A DNA stretch of 55,907 nt from Candidatus Bathyarchaeia archaeon (GCA_050012755.1 JBEKGO010000011.1:1-55907), one strand, 5' to 3'. Positions 19,216 to 28,759 are shown, counted from the first letter of the stretch. Translations and numbers: made by a program. Notes: generated by a model from the sequence alone, not told the origin.

Positions 19216-19369
19216 CGTGAAATCTCTTATCCTTTGCCCTAAACCAAACATGTTATGCGGGAATATACTAGCATAATTAGCGCTGAAAAGAGGCTATCTT
19301 TTGGTATTTTCAAGGGGTTTAGCGCAAGTGTTATATGTACTTATACTGTAAAAAGTGTGAGGAATAGCC

Positions 19370-20332
19370 ACGAATAAAAAAATCCTAGCATTAACCCTCG
19401 TATTATTATTAACCACCATCTATATTTCATCGGTGTCAATTTCACCAACTAAAGCCCAGTCAACAACCACTGGGTGGATTACAAGTTATGATATTTACGA
19501 TTACAATTCCAATCAGCATCTTGCCAGTTACAGTGCAGCAACGGGCAATCAATCATTTGCACCAATAGTGCCTGGGGCTGAAATTAAAGTAATATTCGTC
19601 ATAAACGTTTTCACTGCTGGGTCTGGCGACCTGAAGCTTTCAACTAGTTTACAAAACCCGCCTCAAGGTCAATACTGGCAACTTAACAGCGGAAGCACCT
19701 ATTCGTTGGGTAGCGATTTTAATCCAGATTCGCAGCAAGCATCATTCAATTGGGTTGTAGGAACCTTCACAATGACTGTTGCAGGTATCGTTCCATCTAG
19801 CTCCACCCAACAAACTGGAGCCCCTGTGAACTTAGTAACCCTTTATGGTCCAACCAGCGGCTTACCTCTTGATCAAATTACCGTATCATCAGTCAGCGCA
19901 GCGATGACACAATTCAATATACTATACAGCCAGAAGGCAGCACATCTAAAATCACTTGAATCAGGCGGAGTTGCACAGGGATATGTCGAGCTTTTCCAAA
20001 ATGTTCTTAATGAGTCGACAGTCGAAGCTAATTCAGGCCAAGTTACCAGCGCCATAGCCCTGTTAAACCAACTGAACATCTCAGATGAACCAGCCTCCTC
20101 AACAACGCAAGCACTCTTCATACCAATAGTCGGTGCCTTAGCTGCCGTAGCAGTTATATTTGCAGTTTTGTTCCTCAGAGTACGCGGAAAAGTTGGATAC
20201 TTCCAGCTTGTCGTTGAAGACCAAATCAAGGACTTAGAAGGTTTAACGATGAGAATTTCAAAAATCGACAGAGCAAGTTCATCAAACTTAGAATCAGTCA
20301 AAGACAGACTCAAAAGACTAGTTGGGATGTGA
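19370..20332 (+). CDS. Exported single-pass membrane protein with cytoplasmic coiled-coil tail (probable ACG start)
   Basis: Frame open upstream of GTG 19433, giving signal peptide (T)NKKILALTLVLLLTTIYISSVSISPTKA; TM ALFIPIVGALAAVAVIFAVLFL; heptad tail; in-frame stop at 19358-19360. Confidence 0.8.
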   Translation, partial: TNKKILALTLVLLLTTIYISSVSISPTKAQSTTTGWITSYDIYDYNSNQHLASYSAATGNQSFAPIVPGAEIKVIFVINVFTAGSGDLKLSTSLQNPPQGQYWQLNSGSTYSLGSDFNPDSQQASFNWVVGTFTMTVAGIVPSSSTQQTGAPVNLVTLYGPTSGLPLDQITVSSVSAAMTQFNILYSQKAAHLKSLESGGVAQGYVELFQNVLNESTVEANSGQVTSAIALLNQLNISDEPASSTTQALFIPIVGALAAVAVIFAVLFLRVRGKVGYFQLVVEDQIKDLEGLTMRISKIDRASSSNLESVKDRLKRLVGM

Positions 20333-20338
20333 TAGCAC

Positions 20339-23032
20339 ACGAAAATCTACCAGAACAGCGTTCAACTAATAGGACTTGGTTCAGCAGGAACTAACATAGT
20401 CGAAGCTTTCCTAACGAACAAAAAAACAATGGAGCTGCTTGGGAACGATATTACTCGTCTCTCCCTTTTAGCAATCGACATCGCTGACCCAGAAATCAGA
20501 AGCCTTCTAGAAGCAGACGAAAGAATTACCAAATCAATGATAAGAGCCGGTATTCCCCGAGAACGCTTGCGGGTAGTTGCTCAGTCAGTGAAGTTTCCAA
20601 CTGCCGAGGCAATGTTCGATTTCATCAACCAGAAATACAATGAGTACTTAATTGGCGAAGGCGCTAAACTTGAAGATTTCAAACCATGGCTTCAATCAAC
20701 AATGGCTATTCCACCAATGGCTGGCGGCGCAGGCAGAAGAAGAGCATTAGCCAAAGCCATTTACGCCCTAAACTATTATCAACTAGGAATAATCAAAAAC
20801 TGCATAAACGTTTTCAAAGAACAAGCACTCTCATCAATTATTACTCCAACCATTGTTCTGATCTACGGTTTAGGGGGAGGAACAGGAAGCGGCATCTTCT
20901 TTGACTTTGTCAGGCACCTGCGAAAAGTCATGGGATCAGGCATTCCCATAATAGCGTTCGTCATCACTCCCTGCGGCGGAGACGACCCTCCAGCAAAAGG
21001 GTGCTCATCATTTACCGCGATAAACGAGCTCTCTTTGATGCTAAACAAAGATTACAACCAGTATGTCATAAATGAATTCGGAGAATTGTACCGAAACCCC
21101 CTGAACGCACTTGTTTACTTGCCATTACTTCCAGCGTTCTCAAAGGTAGGCAACATAGTTTCAGCCCGCAAAGAAATGGATGACATGGTCGTAGAAATGC
21201 TCTATGTTCTGATGGATTTTGACCTAGCAGATTTAATGGGCGGAATCGGCACCGAAGTTGGACTCACCAATAACTCCTCACATACTCTAGGTATGATGAA
21301 AGTCATTTATCCAGTCGACGACTACATTGCAGCATACAAAGTCAACTTTGAAAGCCTAGAACTATTACAAGAACACCGAAGAGAAAAACTTGAGTTACTA
21401 GACGCAATGGACTGTTTAGTCAAAAACAACTTTGACACAGCAAAAGAATTCTTTAAGAGTTATCTGATAAGGACAGGCACTTATAATGATGAGCAGTTTG
21501 AAGAAAAACTCAAGGCATTAATAACAAGCAATCCACGAATGGAAGATGACTTAGCCTTACATGTAAAGGGCATCGAGATACAAGTCAGAAATTGGATGCG
21601 AGAATTAACTCGGTTCCTTTCTACAATCAAATTCATGGGGAAACCGGGACCAATTGAAGAAGCTATAGTTGATCTTACACTCAAAAAAGCAGGCACCAAA
21701 AAAATTGACAGCCTTGAAGCTCTACTAGGCAACCTAACAAAGACCTATTTAGAATTCTCAGAGCGGAAAGCAGACATTACCGAGCGATTGACACAATTAA
21801 TTCCAAGCTCACAAGTATTCACAGTACGGCAAAAAAGAATCCTAGATGATTTCGTAAACATCGCAGAGATTGCTGAGAAATCCCTTAACACTCTGAGGTT
21901 CTATGACGAAACCAGATACTTAACCGACGCACTGATCAGATTCTATGAGGTAATGCCAGAATGCACTTGCGAACAGAACGACTTAAAAGACATACAATCT
22001 GAACTCGCAACGATTTACCTCTTGGTTCAATTGATGCTTAGATCACCTCAGGACGAATCAAAAATGGCTGAGGAACACCTTGCTTACGTAAACGGCATCG
22101 TGCTTAGGCGCCAGGATAAACGGGGCGATGTAGACAATGAAGTCGTAAGGATACAAGAATCAAGGAAACGAAAAGAATTTGATAAATCCAAAATGGAAAG
22201 GCAGCTCCGTAAAACTTTCGGTTCAAAGAAATACGCTAGAGAACAACTATTGAGTTTAGATAGAGACTTAAAGAGAATGGAAACTGAAGAAGCTATGGCT
22301 CTTGAGAACCTAAGCAAAGCTGATGAGTCAATCCAATTATACGTGAATTTGGCCCAGAGGATAGAATTAATATCTGAATACCGTAAGCGTCTAAACAAAA
22401 TTGTTGATATGCAACATGATTACGAGGTAAGACTTGCTAAAATCGTCGAGCCGAAGAAGTACTTTGAAAAATCAGCCGAACTTACAGAACTTGAGCAAAG
22501 AAAGATCTTATTCAAGATACTAACTGAGCAAGAAGAAACGCTAACAAACGATGTAATATTCAAAGATATACTAGACATGGATCACTTCAAAGACTACATG
22601 AAAAGCGTCATCAGAGCATTCAAAACGCCAAGCGTTATGGGGTTCAAACCAATCTACAAAACTGACTACATCTGGGTCACAATCCAGTCCCCTCCAAACA
22701 TGTGGACGGAAGATATGTCTCAAGAAGTTTACACTGCCCTAGCAGGATACGTCACAAGCGAAGTGTCAAGAACAATCACTGTTCGAGTAACCGAATCACG
22801 AGATCCATGGACAACTCGCGTACTAGTAGTCGGTGGCAGAGGGAAAGCGTCAGACATGGAAGCATTCGATGAAATGTCGCTGCTCTACAGCAAATCAAGC
22901 GATTTCGAAAGACACCTCTCAAGATCATACCTGCTTGAACATGGCGTTTCAGCTACACAAATAATTAGAGATATCAACGGAAACGGCAACGGCGCCGAAA
23001 CTGCAAACAACGATAAAAACAATAAAAAGTAA
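20339..23032 (+). CDS. Tubulin/FtsZ-superfamily GTPase (Tubulin_2/FtsZl-like) with long coiled-coil insertion (probable ACG start)
   Basis: T1 IGLGSAGTNIV (upstream of ATG 20429), LAID, AGGAGRRRAL, signature GGGTGSG at 20873-20893, T7-like DFDLADL; ~430-aa heptad-rich segment; beta-rich C-terminal part. Confidence 0.88.
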   Translation, partial: TKIYQNSVQLIGLGSAGTNIVEAFLTNKKTMELLGNDITRLSLLAIDIADPEIRSLLEADERITKSMIRAGIPRERLRVVAQSVKFPTAEAMFDFINQKYNEYLIGEGAKLEDFKPWLQSTMAIPPMAGGAGRRRALAKAIYALNYYQLGIIKNCINVFKEQALSSIITPTIVLIYGLGGGTGSGIFFDFVRHLRKVMGSGIPIIAFVITPCGGDDPPAKGCSSFTAINELSLMLNKDYNQYVINEFGELYRNPLNALVYLPLLPAFSKVGNIVSARKEMDDMVVEMLYVLMDFDLADLMGGIGTEVGLTNNSSHTLGMMKVIYPVDDYIAAYKVNFESLELLQEHRREKLELLDAMDCLVKNNFDTAKEFFKSYLIRTGTYNDEQFEEKLKALITSNPRMEDDLALHVKGIEIQVRNWMRELTRFLSTIKFMGKPGPIEEAIVDLTLKKAGTKKIDSLEALLGNLTKTYLEFSERKADITERLTQLIPSSQVFTVRQKRILDDFVNIAEIAEKSLNTLRFYDETRYLTDALIRFYEVMPECTCEQNDLKDIQSELATIYLLVQLMLRSPQDESKMAEEHLAYVNGIVLRRQDKRGDVDNEVVRIQESRKRKEFDKSKMERQLRKTFGSKKYAREQLLSLDRDLKRMETEEAMALENLSKADESIQLYVNLAQRIELISEYRKRLNKIVDMQHDYEVRLAKIVEPKKYFEKSAELTELEQRKILFKILTEQEETLTNDVIFKDILDMDHFKDYMKSVIRAFKTPSVMGFKPIYKTDYIWVTIQSPPNMWTEDMSQEVYTALAGYVTSEVSRTITVRVTESRDPWTTRVLVVGGRGKASDMEAFDEMSLLYSKSSDFERHLSRSYLLEHGVSATQIIRDINGNGNGAETANNDKNNKK

Positions 23033-23056
23033 GGAGAGGAGCTTTAACTCCTTTTT
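23031..23056. terminator. Hairpin between the convergent tubulin-like genes
   Basis: AGGAG-ctttaa-CTCCT followed by a T-tract. Confidence 0.45.
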
Positions 23057-24798
23057 TATTCCAATAAACTTTTTGTGATTAACTGCCAGTCTTCTTCAGA
23101 TATTAAGCCTTTTTTAACGGTTTTATTCTTCATTTTTTCAACCTTTCTTTCTAATGCGGCGAAGCGTGTCGTTGTCTCGAAACCGCCAACAAATAATGCG
23201 ATGTCTATGCGATCATTAGATTCTTCTACATACATGGGGTCAGCTATGTAAATTGATTCAAGGTCTGCTTTGTTCTCGAACCAATTGGCGATTGCTAGCT
23301 CAATTTTTCCTCTAGTAAGAATATCTTTTAGGTTAAACGGCATTCGGATAAGAACATAGAGTACAGTGGATGTTGATAGGTCAAAAGTGAAAAGAGGTCT
23401 GAGCAACGTGGTGTTCAGCATATTTTCTAATGATCCGTAAATTTTCAAGCTTAAACCAGAAGCCAAAAGAACAGTGAACACTTTAGAACCGAAAGATTTT
23501 GACATCTCGATTAGTTCAGCCACAAAGGTTTCTTTCACCAACATTAAATCAAGGAGGTAATTGGTTACGCTGTTTCCATTAATGGCGTAACCGTTTCTGT
23601 CAACACCTATGTAGCTTTCAAGATTATCCCTGTCAACAAGCAAAAGAGGATCCTGTTTCGAAGCCAAAATACCCAGTGACGCAAAAGTGTTAAATTGACC
23701 ATCGAGAGGCTGGGCTTTCGAGGGCAAAAGTGGCAAAGCTATTGAGTTTATTTTCCATTCTTTGAATTGAGCATTTAAACTTGGCAATAAAGCGCTGCCG
23801 ATGCCGTTCCAAGTGGATGAAACAATTATGACTCCTTGGAGTTTCTCTATAGGCTTGCTCTTTATCTTTGCAAAGAAACTTTCGTTGCCGGCACCATTTG
23901 GGAGAACGTCATACCAGAAATGAGTATCAATATCCTCATCTAAACAGACAATGTTGTTATTGTCCAGCCGACCTTGGCTCCATTTGATTACATCTTTCGT
24001 AGATTTTTCCACGAAAACTGGCAAGATCCCTTGCTCTCTTTTTTTCTCAAATGAGCCTTTCAAAACAATGTTTATAGGGTATTCCCCGATACACACAACG
24101 GCTTTTGTGGGCAAAAGGCGTTTCAAACTGTCAGTGTATTTTTCTATGTTCTCAACACTGTCAGTTAAAGGTACTTTATCTTCAGTTTCAACGAGCACCC
24201 CCTCTTTCATACTTTCAATTGTTGAAGTCACTTGTTCAGGGTTCGGTCGGGTCAATGGATCAGCCAGTTTATCTTGGTCTTTCACCCACTTCAATTCAAC
24301 AAGTGCTTCCTTCTGCTTAGTATCTGTCGGAGCAACAATGTTATCAATTTGAGATGTTTCTTGCGTTTCTTTTTCGGTTGACTGAGGCTTGCCATCACTT
24401 GCTATCAAAGTTGGTTGAGTTTCAGTAGGCGTTGGCTGCGTCTCATTGTCAGGCCCAATCTTAACTTCATTTTCTTTGCCAGAAGTTTGTTCTTGAGTAT
24501 TAACTTGCTCAATGGGTATCTCGGCTTGTTGTTGATTGGCTATGGTATCTGATGCTTCATTGTGGGTTTCCGCTTGCGACAACTTTGTTTTGTCTTCAAC
24601 TGGTGGCGCTTCACTGTTTTCAACTGGCAAAATGTTGTTTTCAATTCCAGTAGATTCTATTTTTTCATCGTTAGAAATGGGCTCTCCTACATTGTTGGTT
24701 TGATTTGATTCGGACAGTTTCTTTTCGTTTTCTCGTTCTTTTAAGTAGTCATTTTTACTGTACCATAGTCGCTGTTTTCTTTTAGGCAAAGTTATCAC
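23056..24798 (-). CDS. Degenerate FtsZ/CetZ-like protein (pseudo-GTPase) with ~220-aa acidic disordered N-terminus
   Basis: VVCIGEYPINIV (T1-like), IVSSTWNGIGSALLP (in place of GGGTGSG), LPLLP..QFNTFASL, LLLVDRDNL, LLRPLFTFDLSTST.LYVLIRMP, IALFVGGF, in the order of the CetZ/FtsZ elements. Confidence 0.72.
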   Translation of the reverse strand: MITLPKRKQRLWYSKNDYLKERENEKKLSESNQTNNVGEPISNDEKIESTGIENNILPVENSEAPPVEDKTKLSQAETHNEASDTIANQQQAEIPIEQVNTQEQTSGKENEVKIGPDNETQPTPTETQPTLIASDGKPQSTEKETQETSQIDNIVAPTDTKQKEALVELKWVKDQDKLADPLTRPNPEQVTSTIESMKEGVLVETEDKVPLTDSVENIEKYTDSLKRLLPTKAVVCIGEYPINIVLKGSFEKKREQGILPVFVEKSTKDVIKWSQGRLDNNNIVCLDEDIDTHFWYDVLPNGAGNESFFAKIKSKPIEKLQGVIIVSSTWNGIGSALLPSLNAQFKEWKINSIALPLLPSKAQPLDGQFNTFASLGILASKQDPLLLVDRDNLESYIGVDRNGYAINGNSVTNYLLDLMLVKETFVAELIEMSKSFGSKVFTVLLASGLSLKIYGSLENMLNTTLLRPLFTFDLSTSTVLYVLIRMPFNLKDILTRGKIELAIANWFENKADLESIYIADPMYVEESNDRIDIALFVGGFETTTRFAALERKVEKMKNKTVKKGLISEEDWQLITKSLLE

Positions 24799-24896
24799 TT
24801 TCAGGGGCTTTTTCTCGATAAGCTTAAGAAGAGTATGGTAAATTAAGGCTTTAGGTAATTCACCCTTTAATGTGGGAGAGAGCGGATTAAGTAAGC

Positions 24897-27341
24897 GTGA
24901 AATGGTTTAGACTTCGTAAAAAAGTGCGAAAAGAAGAAGAGGAAACAGTAACTCCTAAGAAACCTTCACGTTTGACGGGATGGTACAGCCGCACCAAACA
25001 GAAGCGACTGGAAAAGAAAAAGAAGGAACAGGAAAAGAAAGAATCATCAACCCTCAAGATCCTCACCGTTATCGTAACGCTAATTGCAATGGCGCTGGCA
25101 ATGTCTATTTTACCCCTATTTCCCGCTCCGTTGCCTATTTTGCTTGCTGTTCTAGTCGCGTTTATTACTTTCAGGGATCCAAGGTTAGGGATGCCGATTG
25201 GCGGCGCTGTTATTGGGCTTGGATTAATCTTTCATATGGCTGATTTGTTATTTATTTCATACTTGGGCGCAGAAACTGTCCGCATAGCCGTAGTTGTTGT
25301 CTTTATGGCTTTATTTATCTCCCTGCCAATCGTATTTAAAACTTACAAAAGTGCTCTAGCTATTGACTTTGGCATATTAGCAGTCGTAAGTCTTTTTTCT
25401 TCGCAAACATATTTTTTGGCTATTCCTTTGATTTTGGCTTCCGCAGTTTTCTTTAAAAAACAAGTAGCTCTAACGATAGTCTATTATGCTTTGATTTCGG
25501 TGCCTCTCCAAATAATTCAATATTACACGTACACTGTGTTGCCCATTTCCCGTCTTGCGCCGGAGTGGTGGCTTCAACCAGGTTCAAGTCCACCTGTATT
25601 TGTTCCCTTAAACTCTATTCTAACAGACCTTGGTGCGTCGATGAGTCAGTTTCGATTATACGATGCGTCAAAAGCTGTGTATACGATTACGGGCCAGCTG
25701 ACTTGGATTCCAAACATTAATGGGATAACTCTAACCGACGCATTGAATCAATATCGAGACTCTATCCCTGGCATGCTGATGTTTGTGCTTATTGTGGCAG
25801 GGCTTTCTCTTGCGCTAATTTTCTTTGCAAGATTATTGATTTCACAAGGAAGCGGGTCACTTGCTGACAGGCTTATTCCATGTTTTGTGGCTACGTGCGC
25901 GGCTGCCTTTTTCTTTATTTTCCTAGGTGCTCTTCAAACTGGCTTAGCCTACACGGCAGATGTCGACCCAGGAACGATGGTTTTCGGCATTTTGGCTACA
26001 CTTGCGTTAACTTTTCCAGCTGTCTTTATGAGTAACACTCCTAAAGAGACAACTACGACCTCTGACATCACTGAGAGAACTCAAGCGCTATTGGACAGGC
26101 TGAAAGTTTTTGAAAAACAATTAAACATTGTTAAGGACAATATTCCTGTAAGTGTAGCATCTCCTGAAGGAAAATTGGGAGTTATCCGAGATTCACTTGA
26201 TGATACCTTAAAGAAATTGTCAGCTCACTACTATGACCCAGCTGATTTAAATCAAAAATTTCAAGAGCTCAAGAATTTAGGTTTAGCCATTGATGAGTTA
26301 GAATTAGAACTTAACACAATCCTTTCACAATATCAGATTTTCGTCACTTGCCAATTAGCTGATTGGGTAGGAAAGCTCAAAGATACAGGCTTAGACGTAA
26401 CACCCTTAGCCAACGCTGAATTCCAAAAAGAAATGACCATAGACACACGAATCGAAGCGATCAAAAAAATCTTAAATGATGGAAGAACTCTAGCAAAAAA
26501 TGTTGCAGAAGTTGCTAAACCCATTTATTCAGTAATTAGACCCTTGTACGATCCCAGTCTTCCAGAAAGAAGTGGAACAATAGAATTTGCAATGCAAAAG
26601 TTAGATCAAAAGGAACCACCTTGGATCGCAATTGAAGCATTGAACAATGGGTTGAATAATTGGAAGAAGCAGTACGGCGCTGAAGTCTCGAAATCCATAT
26701 ACTACCTCAAAAACTCTTTGACACCCATTATTAATCTGCCTGCTCAAAGCGAAAGTTTAGCTCCAGTAGTCGGCAACAAGATGCCAACAATACTTGGTCA
26801 CGCAAAAAAAGCCGCCGCAATCAAAGAAGCTGCTAACAAAAAAGCGTTAGACATCATAAACCTAATCACAGTACATGAGCTGCTTGATGCGTTCCTCGAT
26901 ATCTCAAAAGACGTATTCTCTATCCTCAACGATTCATTAAAAGATCAGGAGAAATCGATCGAGGAAATGCTGCCAACACCCGATTATTTGTGGGAGAAAA
27001 ACGTGACGTTGAAAGACAGGATGGCGGAGGCAGTAGCTTTGCTGTCTAATCCAAAAGCCAAAATGAACGAGATCATGGAGAATCTGCCCAAATTCGAAGG
27101 CTACCTTGACGAATGCATACAAACTTTGGCGCTTTATAATGAACGCAAAGAGTTCTTGCTGAACTATCCTATGGCAAAGCTGACTATCGAAGACCTTCTA
27201 AAACAGAAAAACACCTTAGTCATTCAGGACCTTCCATTCCCCACCAAATATTCGGCAGAATACCTTAGACTCTTCTATTTGCAGAACTACAATGAGTTTA
27301 ATTTTGATAAAATGACGACTGTCCTTTCAAGAAAAACATAA
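24897..27341 (+). CDS. Polytopic membrane protein with large helical/coiled-coil C-terminal domain
   Basis: Basic N-tail, about 9-10 hydrophobic segments in the first ~380 aa, then ~430 aa of heptad-rich soluble sequence; divergent from the pseudo-tubulin. Confidence 0.8.
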   Translation: MKWFRLRKKVRKEEEETVTPKKPSRLTGWYSRTKQKRLEKKKKEQEKKESSTLKILTVIVTLIAMALAMSILPLFPAPLPILLAVLVAFITFRDPRLGMPIGGAVIGLGLIFHMADLLFISYLGAETVRIAVVVVFMALFISLPIVFKTYKSALAIDFGILAVVSLFSSQTYFLAIPLILASAVFFKKQVALTIVYYALISVPLQIIQYYTYTVLPISRLAPEWWLQPGSSPPVFVPLNSILTDLGASMSQFRLYDASKAVYTITGQLTWIPNINGITLTDALNQYRDSIPGMLMFVLIVAGLSLALIFFARLLISQGSGSLADRLIPCFVATCAAAFFFIFLGALQTGLAYTADVDPGTMVFGILATLALTFPAVFMSNTPKETTTTSDITERTQALLDRLKVFEKQLNIVKDNIPVSVASPEGKLGVIRDSLDDTLKKLSAHYYDPADLNQKFQELKNLGLAIDELELELNTILSQYQIFVTCQLADWVGKLKDTGLDVTPLANAEFQKEMTIDTRIEAIKKILNDGRTLAKNVAEVAKPIYSVIRPLYDPSLPERSGTIEFAMQKLDQKEPPWIAIEALNNGLNNWKKQYGAEVSKSIYYLKNSLTPIINLPAQSESLAPVVGNKMPTILGHAKKAAAIKEAANKKALDIINLITVHELLDAFLDISKDVFSILNDSLKDQEKSIEEMLPTPDYLWEKNVTLKDRMAEAVALLSNPKAKMNEIMENLPKFEGYLDECIQTLALYNERKEFLLNYPMAKLTIEDLLKQKNTLVIQDLPFPTKYSAEYLRLFYLQNYNEFNFDKMTTVLSRKT

Positions 27342-27434
27342 GTCGATAAGTGATTGTGGTTGAGCAACATCATCAACCACTTTTTATATTACAATCCGCT
27401 AATTGTTTATTCGGTAAATTTTGAGGAATAAAAA

Positions 27435-28109
27435 ATGGCTTATTTTGCTAACAGAGTTGACGCTGGAAAACGTTTAGCCTCCGAATTGAAAAATCTAACT
27501 GGAAAAAACGCAATTGTTTTGGCTATTCCCAGAGGAGGAGTAGTTGTGGGGTATGAGATTGCTAAAGCACTTAATCTACCGCTAGATGTTATTATTCCAC
27601 GTAAAATTGGTGCACCTGATAATCCTGAATTAGCAATAGGCGCTATGACAGAGGATGGCACTATAATTCTTGATCAAAACCTTGTTTCATACCTAGGAGT
27701 TTCACAAGATTACATTAAAGAGGAGAGCGAACGGCAAAAAAAAGAAATCGAGCGTAGGCTCAACTTGTACAGGGAAAATGAACCTTACCCCAAATTGCAA
27801 GGCAAAGATGTAATTATAGTGGATGATGGAATAGCTACCGGTTCGACAATGAAAGCCGCGTTAGCCTCAGTTAGAAACAGGGGAGCAAGAACCGTCACCG
27901 TCGCTGTTCCAGTTGGTCCACCTTCAACTATTAAAGAGCTAAAAAAACAAGCTGACAAAGTCATTTGTCCCTACGCTCCTGAATATTTGCAGGCGATAGG
28001 TCAGTTTTACATAGATTTTGAGCAAACAACCGACGAAGAAGTAATCCAACTTCTGAAACAAAGTAAACAAAAAAATTCTGCTAAACCGACAGGCGTGGTG
28101 ACTGCATGA
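27435..28109 (+). CDS. Type I phosphoribosyltransferase (uncharacterised subfamily)
   Basis: FANRVDAG, LAIPRGGV, RKIGAP.NPELAIGA, PRPP loop VIIVDDGIATGST. Confidence 0.9.
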   Translation: MAYFANRVDAGKRLASELKNLTGKNAIVLAIPRGGVVVGYEIAKALNLPLDVIIPRKIGAPDNPELAIGAMTEDGTIILDQNLVSYLGVSQDYIKEESERQKKEIERRLNLYRENEPYPKLQGKDVIIVDDGIATGSTMKAALASVRNRGARTVTVAVPVGPPSTIKELKKQADKVICPYAPEYLQAIGQFYIDFEQTTDEEVIQLLKQSKQKNSAKPTGVVTA

Positions 28110-28759
28110 TTCATCGAGAAAATGCGGTAAAAATCCCATTCGGTAGCGTGGTTCTAAACGGGAATTTGAATGTGCCTTCGGGTGCCAAAGGGATTGTATT
28201 GTTTGCGCATGGAAGCGGGAGCGGCAGATTTAGCCCAAGAAACCAATATGTTGCAAAAGAATTCAACAAGGCAAAAGTTGGCACTTTGCTTTTCGATTTG
28301 CTTACTAGTGACGAGGAAGAAGAGGATATGGTAACTGCAGATTACAGATTTGACATCGGGTTACTTGCTCAGCGTCTTATAGGGGTTACCATATGGCTCA
28401 AAAAAGACCCCCTAACTAATAATTGTGCACTTGGATATTTCGGGGCAAGTACAGGAGCCGCGGCAGCTTTGATTGCAGCAGCAAAACTTCCAAACGATGT
28501 TGCAGCGGTTGTTTCGCGTGGGGGACGCCCTGACCTAGCGGCTGATTATCTTCCGAAAGTGGTGGCGCCAACTCTGTTGTTGGTTGGCGGTTGGGATACT
28601 GAGGTAATTGAGTTAAATAGGAAGGCGATGGATCAAATGTCCGCCGAAAAGAAACTCGTCATTGTTCCTGGGGCTACCCATCTTTTTGAGGAACCAGGCA
28701 CACTTGAACAAGTCGCTAAACTATCAACAGGTTGGTTTTTACATTACCTAGTAAAATGA
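28106..28759 (+). CDS. Dienelactone hydrolase-like alpha/beta hydrolase
   Basis: FAHGSGSGRFSPRN, nucleophile elbow GASTG, SRGGRPDL, GATHLFEEPG; ATGA overlap with the PRTase. Confidence 0.9.
   Translation: MIHRENAVKIPFGSVVLNGNLNVPSGAKGIVLFAHGSGSGRFSPRNQYVAKEFNKAKVGTLLFDLLTSDEEEEDMVTADYRFDIGLLAQRLIGVTIWLKKDPLTNNCALGYFGASTGAAAALIAAAKLPNDVAAVVSRGGRPDLAADYLPKVVAPTLLLVGGWDTEVIELNRKAMDQMSAEKKLVIVPGATHLFEEPGTLEQVAKLSTGWFLHYLVK

Noticed and set aside
20327-20340. Stop-codon readthrough fusing the membrane protein to the tubulin-like GTPase (both ORFs are in the same frame)
   Set aside because: Two consecutive different stops (TGA TAG) separate them, and a good SD overlaps the junction, which favours independent initiation
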